10,458 nt of DNA from Planctomycetota bacterium (lineage in GTDB: Bacteria > Planctomycetota > UBA11346): the NCBI GenBank assembly GCA_038231435.1, contig JBBRLJ010000073.1, forward strand, positions 1-10,458. The letters are read 5' to 3'. Made by a program: the position numbers and the translations under genes. The notes beneath the pieces were generated by a model. That model was not told where the DNA came from and made no database searches. It saw only the letters and a list, made by a program, of their open reading frames with translations. Of this stretch, positions 6,626 to 10,458 are shown piece after piece (position 1 is the stretch's first letter; each line of letters opens with the position of its first letter).

Positions 6626-7384
6626 ATGCTCGTCATCACCTCGGTCAGCAAGCGCTTCGGCGACCTCACCGCCGTCGATGCGTTGTCGCTGACGGTGCCG
6701 GCCGGCTCGATCCACGCCTTCCTCGGCCCCAACGGCGCGGGCAAGACCACCACCATCCGCATGTGCGTTGGCCTGCTGCGCCCCGACTCGGGCAGCATCT
6801 CGATCGGCGGACACGACGCCGTGAGCGACGGCGTGGCCGCGCGACAGCTGCTCGCCTACGTGCCGGACGAACCGTACCTGTACGACCGCCTCACCGGCCG
6901 CGAATTCCTCGACTTCACCGCGCGCGTCTATGGGCTCGATCGCCAGACCTTCGCCCGCCGGCTCGACGAGGTCAGCGAGCGCTTCTCGCTGCGCGAATTC
7001 CTCGATCAGACCGCCGAAGGCTACAGCCACGGCATGCGCCAGCGCGTGGTGCTGGCCGCGGCCCTCCTGCACGCGCCGCGCCTGCTGATCGTCGACGAGC
7101 CGCTGGTCGGACTGGATCCCAAGCACATCCGCGTGGTGCTCGACCTGCTCAAGGAGATCGCGCGGGGCGGTGGATCGGTGCTGATGAGCACGCACACCAT
7201 GGCCACCGTCGAGGGCGTCGCCGATCACGTCACGGTCATGGACCATGGCCGTACCCTGGCAAGCGGGCCGGTGGCCACGGTGCGCGGCGACCGCGATCTC
7301 GAGAGCCGTTACTTCGAGCTCACCGGCGATGCTCCGCCGATGGCGCCACCGACACCCCCGCCACTTGGCAACACTGAGCCGTGA
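6626..7384 (+). CDS. ABC transporter ATP-binding protein (ABC-2/drug-exporter-like, 252 aa)
   Basis: Walker A GPNGAGKTT, signature YSHGMRQR, Walker B/D-loop LLIVDEPLVGLDP, H-loop STH, and C-terminal LESRYFELT. Confidence 0.95.
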   Translation: MLVITSVSKRFGDLTAVDALSLTVPAGSIHAFLGPNGAGKTTTIRMCVGLLRPDSGSISIGGHDAVSDGVAARQLLAYVPDEPYLYDRLTGREFLDFTARVYGLDRQTFARRLDEVSERFSLREFLDQTAEGYSHGMRQRVVLAAALLHAPRLLIVDEPLVGLDPKHIRVVLDLLKEIARGGGSVLMSTHTMATVEGVADHVTVMDHGRTLASGPVATVRGDRDLESRYFELTGDAPPMAPPTPPPLGNTEP

Positions 7385-7872
7385 GATTCGGCGGCGGCGG
7401 GATCCCGCACGGGCATTGGCTGCTCGTCGATGGCCACAACCTGATCCACGCCGAGGCATCCCTACGCGGCCTGATGGGCGATCCCGAGCAGGCACGCCGG
7501 CAGCTCGAGATCCTGCTCGCGCATCTGCGCGGCAAGGGCCGGATCGCGGTCTTCTACGACGGCGGCCCGGGAGGCGAGGTCGCCGAGCGGCATCGCGATG
7601 GGTTGGTCGCGCAGTATTCGGGCAACGGCGAGGCCGATGACCTGCTGGTGGCCTGGCTGCGCGCGCGCCCTGGCGTGCGTGCCCTGGTGGTCACCGATGA
7701 TCGCGCCCTGCGCGCCCGCGCCCGCGCCCTGGGCGCATCCACGACCGGCTGCTCGGAGCTGTTGGCGGCGTTGCCGCCCCTGCGCGAGCACGCCGACGAC
7801 GCGCCCCCGCTCGACGAGGCCGAGGTCGCCGAGTGGATGAAGGTGTTCGGGATCGAGGAGGAAGAGGAGTAG
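7381..7872 (+). CDS. NYN-domain (YacP/Rae1-like, PIN-fold) putative ribonuclease (163 aa)
   Basis: LLVDGHNLIH, VFYDG, YSGNGEADDLL and VVTDDRAL supply the acidic PIN/NYN residues. The GTG start overlaps the ATPase stop (GTGA). Confidence 0.88.
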   Translation: MRFGGGGIPHGHWLLVDGHNLIHAEASLRGLMGDPEQARRQLEILLAHLRGKGRIAVFYDGGPGGEVAERHRDGLVAQYSGNGEADDLLVAWLRARPGVRALVVTDDRALRARARALGASTTGCSELLAALPPLREHADDAPPLDEAEVAEWMKVFGIEEEEE

Positions 7873-7877
7873 CCGAG

Positions 7878-8027
7878 AGCAGAAAGCAGACGACAACGTC
7901 GCCTCTTTGCTGACTCTGTCTGTTTTTTCCTGGGTGGCAGGCCGGAGGCCGATGTTGTGGGGATCGCGAAGCGATCTTGGATGCCCTTTGGGACATCCAC
8001 CGGCCGAAGGCCGTAGTCCCCCAGCTC
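7878..8027 (+). repeat. REP/MITE-like element, copy 4 (long form with three extra internal hairpins)
   Basis: Shares agcagaaagcagacga, ttttttcc.ggg.ggcaggccggaggccgatgtt and ggccgtagtccccca with copies 2 and 3. Extra segment at about 7963-8008. Confidence 0.9.
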
Positions 8028-8078
8028 AAAGCGAGTCTATCGGGAAGTGCGCTCCCGCGTTGGCAGGTATTTTTCTTC

Positions 8079-9530
8079 TTACCAATCCATTACCATGCCC
8101 AGATATCCGCCGATGCCCCAGTTCACCTGCTGGTAGCGGTCGCGGTCGGCGCCGTTCGCGACGGTGGCGTTGGCGAAGGGGAACCAGCGGTCGTAACCGG
8201 CGCCGACGCGCAGGTGGTTGAAGCTGCGCAGCGCGGCGGTGTCGCTGCGCACGATCGGCGCGACGCGCAGGCCGAAGCCCATCTGGATGACCCCGCGCGT
8301 AGCTTCGTGCTCGGGGAAGCGCGGGTTCGGGCCCCACACCGCGATCCGTTCGGCGCGGATGCCGCCGGCGCCGTAGACATAGGGCATCAGGTGGACCACG
8401 CCGAACAGCGGCGGCGGCGTGAGCGTCGGGGCGTGGCCGACGAGCAGCTGATCGCTCAGCAGCTTGTCGTCCTGCCAGCCGTAGTGCGGGGCGCCGCCGA
8501 AGCGGTAGTCGATCATGACCTCGTGGCGCAGCCAGCTGCGCAGCCAGTCCGGACCCGCGTCCTGCAGCGGCACCGGCTGCCAACGATACTGGAATCCGAT
8601 CACCGCGCCCGAGTAATAGCCGAAGTCGTGCTCGACACGCTCGACACCGAGCCAGCGGTATTGATGAGGCCGCACCAGCAGGCCGATGCTGCCGATGGCG
8701 TCGTGGGTGCGCGGATTGACGCCAGCGGTCAGGTATCCGCCGAGCGGCAATGGGAATGGTCCGTTGCTCGCGCCCGCCACCAGCCACAGCCCGCGCTCGT
8801 GCTCGGCGACCACGGCGGCGCTGGGCGTCGCCTGCACGCCTTCGTTCCAGCGCCAGCGCGCGCCGAACCAGGTCGATCCCTGCTTGCCGATCAGCACGCC
8901 GTCGAGCTCGGCGAACAGCTGCTGCTCGCCGCCGGCGGTCGCCATCGCGGCGCCCGCCGCCGAGATGCCCCAGATGCCACGCGGCACCAGCCAGGTGAAC
9001 GCCGGATATGAATGCGCGGCGAAGAGGCTACGGCCGTAGACGAAGGCGAGCGGATCTGCGGCGTGCTCGCGGTCATACGGCAGTTTCACCTCGTCGTATC
9101 CGGTGCCCTTGTGCAGCACGTCCTGCAGACGGCCCCCACCGAGGTCGCCGTCGAAACGCATGCCCACGCCAATGATCGCCAGGTGGTGGAAGGACGCGTC
9201 GTTGGAGCGCTCTGACTCCATGACGTAGCCGAGCGTGGCGGTGATCTCGTCACTGCGCTGCGGCGCTCCGGCACGGAAGCGGTTGGTGAACACGCTCGAG
9301 TCGGCAGCGGCCGCCCAGTGGTTCCGGCCCTGCCCCCAGCTCGCGCCCATGGCGATCGCGCCGGTGCGGAAATCGTCGCGATTGAGCACCCCATCGCCGA
9401 GGTTGTCGTTGCTGACGGTCAGCCAGTAGGTGGGCAGCGGGCCTGGCGTGGGAGCCTCGGGCAAACCGGCGATGGCCGCCGACACCTGGGTCGCCGCCAG
9501 CGCCAGCACCATCACTCTCCAGTGCCGCAT
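8079..9530 (-). CDS. Putative outer-membrane beta-barrel protein with LpxR (lipid A 3'-O-deacylase)-like N-terminal motifs (about 483 aa)
   Basis: Signal-peptide-like start MRHWRVMVLALAATQVSA. Motifs SNDNL, DDFRTG and GGRLQDVLH. Gly/aromatic-rich alternating strands and a C-terminal beta-signal-like YLGMVMDW. The start codon is uncertain (9530 vs 9593 or 9512). Confidence 0.75.
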   Translation of the reverse strand: MRHWRVMVLALAATQVSAAIAGLPEAPTPGPLPTYWLTVSNDNLGDGVLNRDDFRTGAIAMGASWGQGRNHWAAAADSSVFTNRFRAGAPQRSDEITATLGYVMESERSNDASFHHLAIIGVGMRFDGDLGGGRLQDVLHKGTGYDEVKLPYDREHAADPLAFVYGRSLFAAHSYPAFTWLVPRGIWGISAAGAAMATAGGEQQLFAELDGVLIGKQGSTWFGARWRWNEGVQATPSAAVVAEHERGLWLVAGASNGPFPLPLGGYLTAGVNPRTHDAIGSIGLLVRPHQYRWLGVERVEHDFGYYSGAVIGFQYRWQPVPLQDAGPDWLRSWLRHEVMIDYRFGGAPHYGWQDDKLLSDQLLVGHAPTLTPPPLFGVVHLMPYVYGAGGIRAERIAVWGPNPRFPEHEATRGVIQMGFGLRVAPIVRSDTAALRSFNHLRVGAGYDRWFPFANATVANGADRDRYQQVNWGIGGYLGMVMDW

Positions 9531-9708
9531 GACGCGATGGTCAGCCCCTCCGCCAGGATGCAAATGCGCTCTAGACCCGATCCGGACCGACACTTGGGCG
9601 CGTGTGGCGATTCCCGACAGCAGCTACCGTCGACCCCGGATAGGATGGGGCCAGCGGCGCGAACGAGCCGTCCGAACACCACCGACTTCTCTCACCGAGG
9701 AACCAGCC

Positions 9709-10284
9709 ATGATCAAGACCCTCGTCCCCACCCTCGTCCTCATCGGCCTGATGGCCGCCGCCAGCACCGCCTCGGGCGCCGTCTCGGGTGGAGAGGGCCA
9801 TCGCCGCGAGGTCCGCGCCGACCGCGGCGACATCCGCCACGATCGCGCCGACCTGCGTGCCGATCGCACGCAGTGGAGTCACGATGGTCGCGACGTGCAC
9901 GCGGATCGCGCCGACGTGCGCGAGGACGTTGCGGATCGCGCCAACGATCGCGCCGATCTGCACGGCGACCGCACGGACATCCACGCCGATCACGCCGAGG
10001 TCCGCGCGGACCGCAAGGAGATCGCCGGCGATCGCAAGGACGGCGACGCGGCCGAGCTGGCGAAGGACAAGGCCGAGCTCAAGGACGACCGCGGCGAGCT
10101 GCACGGCGACCGCAAGGAAGCCCACGCCGACGCTGCCGATCTGCACCACGACCGCGTCGACACGCGCAAGGACCTCCGCGACGAGCGCAAGGACCACGTC
10201 GAGGCCGCCGGCGATCGCCACGACATCCGCGAGGATCGCCGCGACCTGCGCCAGGACCGTCGCGACATCCACGAAGATCGCTGA
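9709..10284 (+). CDS. Secreted His/Asp/Arg-rich heptad-repeat protein (191 aa)
   Basis: GAGGA RBS at 9697-9701. Sec signal peptide MIKTLVPTLVLIGLMAAASTASG, followed by 22 heptads of consensus [D/E]-h-x-x-D-R-x. Confidence 0.88.
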   Translation: MIKTLVPTLVLIGLMAAASTASGAVSGGEGHRREVRADRGDIRHDRADLRADRTQWSHDGRDVHADRADVREDVADRANDRADLHGDRTDIHADHAEVRADRKEIAGDRKDGDAAELAKDKAELKDDRGELHGDRKEAHADAADLHHDRVDTRKDLRDERKDHVEAAGDRHDIREDRRDLRQDRRDIHEDR

Positions 10285-10293
10285 ACTGAATTG

Positions 10294-10458
10294 CGGGGGC
10301 TCCGCCCCCGGGCCCCCACGGCCTTTGTCGTCCTTCTTCTTGTCCGCCAGGCGGCCAAGAAGTTTGCGTGATGGGCTGCGCCCATTATTCACGCAAACCA
10401 GGACTCGGCGGCCGAGGCGGCTGCGCCGCCAATTGGACGGGGGCCCCATCGCTCCGCG
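10294..10458. repeat. Second palindromic element: cluster of GC-rich hairpins with 3-nt loops (GNA on the minus strand), probably truncated by the window end
   Basis: CGGGGGC-TCC-GCCCCCG (10294-10310); GTTTGCGTGA...TCACGCAAAC enclosing TGGGC-TGC-GCCCA (10362-10398); CTCGGC-G-GCCGAG (10404-10416); GGCGGC-TGC-GCCGCC (10416-10430); CGC-TCC-GCG (10450-10458). Confidence 0.8.

Noticed and set aside
7955..8024. Cloverleaf as a tRNA gene
   Set aside because: The loops are 3 nt, and there is no TTC T-loop, 7-nt anticodon loop, D-loop GG or CCA-type acceptor end.

Overview
GC-rich bacterial chromosomal window. The C-rich, weak-SD leaders and gene content would fit a Planctomycetota/PVC-like organism, but that is a guess. 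Nine plausible CDSs: two Gfo/Idh/MocA NAD(P)-dependent oxidoreductases (421-1488, 3778-4815); a small hypothetical with a possible Sm/LSm-like fold (1481-2050, -); serC (2268-3341); miaA (4821-5753, -); a tightly coupled three-gene unit of degenerate HDOD-like protein, orphan ABC ATPase and YacP-like NYN ribonuclease (5890-7872); an LpxR-like outer-membrane beta-barrel (8079-9530, -); and a secreted His/Asp/Arg-rich protein built of 11 heptads + turn + 11 heptads with an invariant Asp (9709-10284). Several intergenic spaces hold structured repeats. One REP/MITE-like hairpin family has four same-orientation copies: one read through in-frame as a protein tail, two as a 105-bp tandem, and one long multi-hairpin form. 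There are also 7-bp tandem arrays in inverted arrangements, a three-way-junction fold at the left edge, and a GNA-triloop hairpin cluster at the right edge. No transposase, cas gene, rRNA or tRNA was seen.
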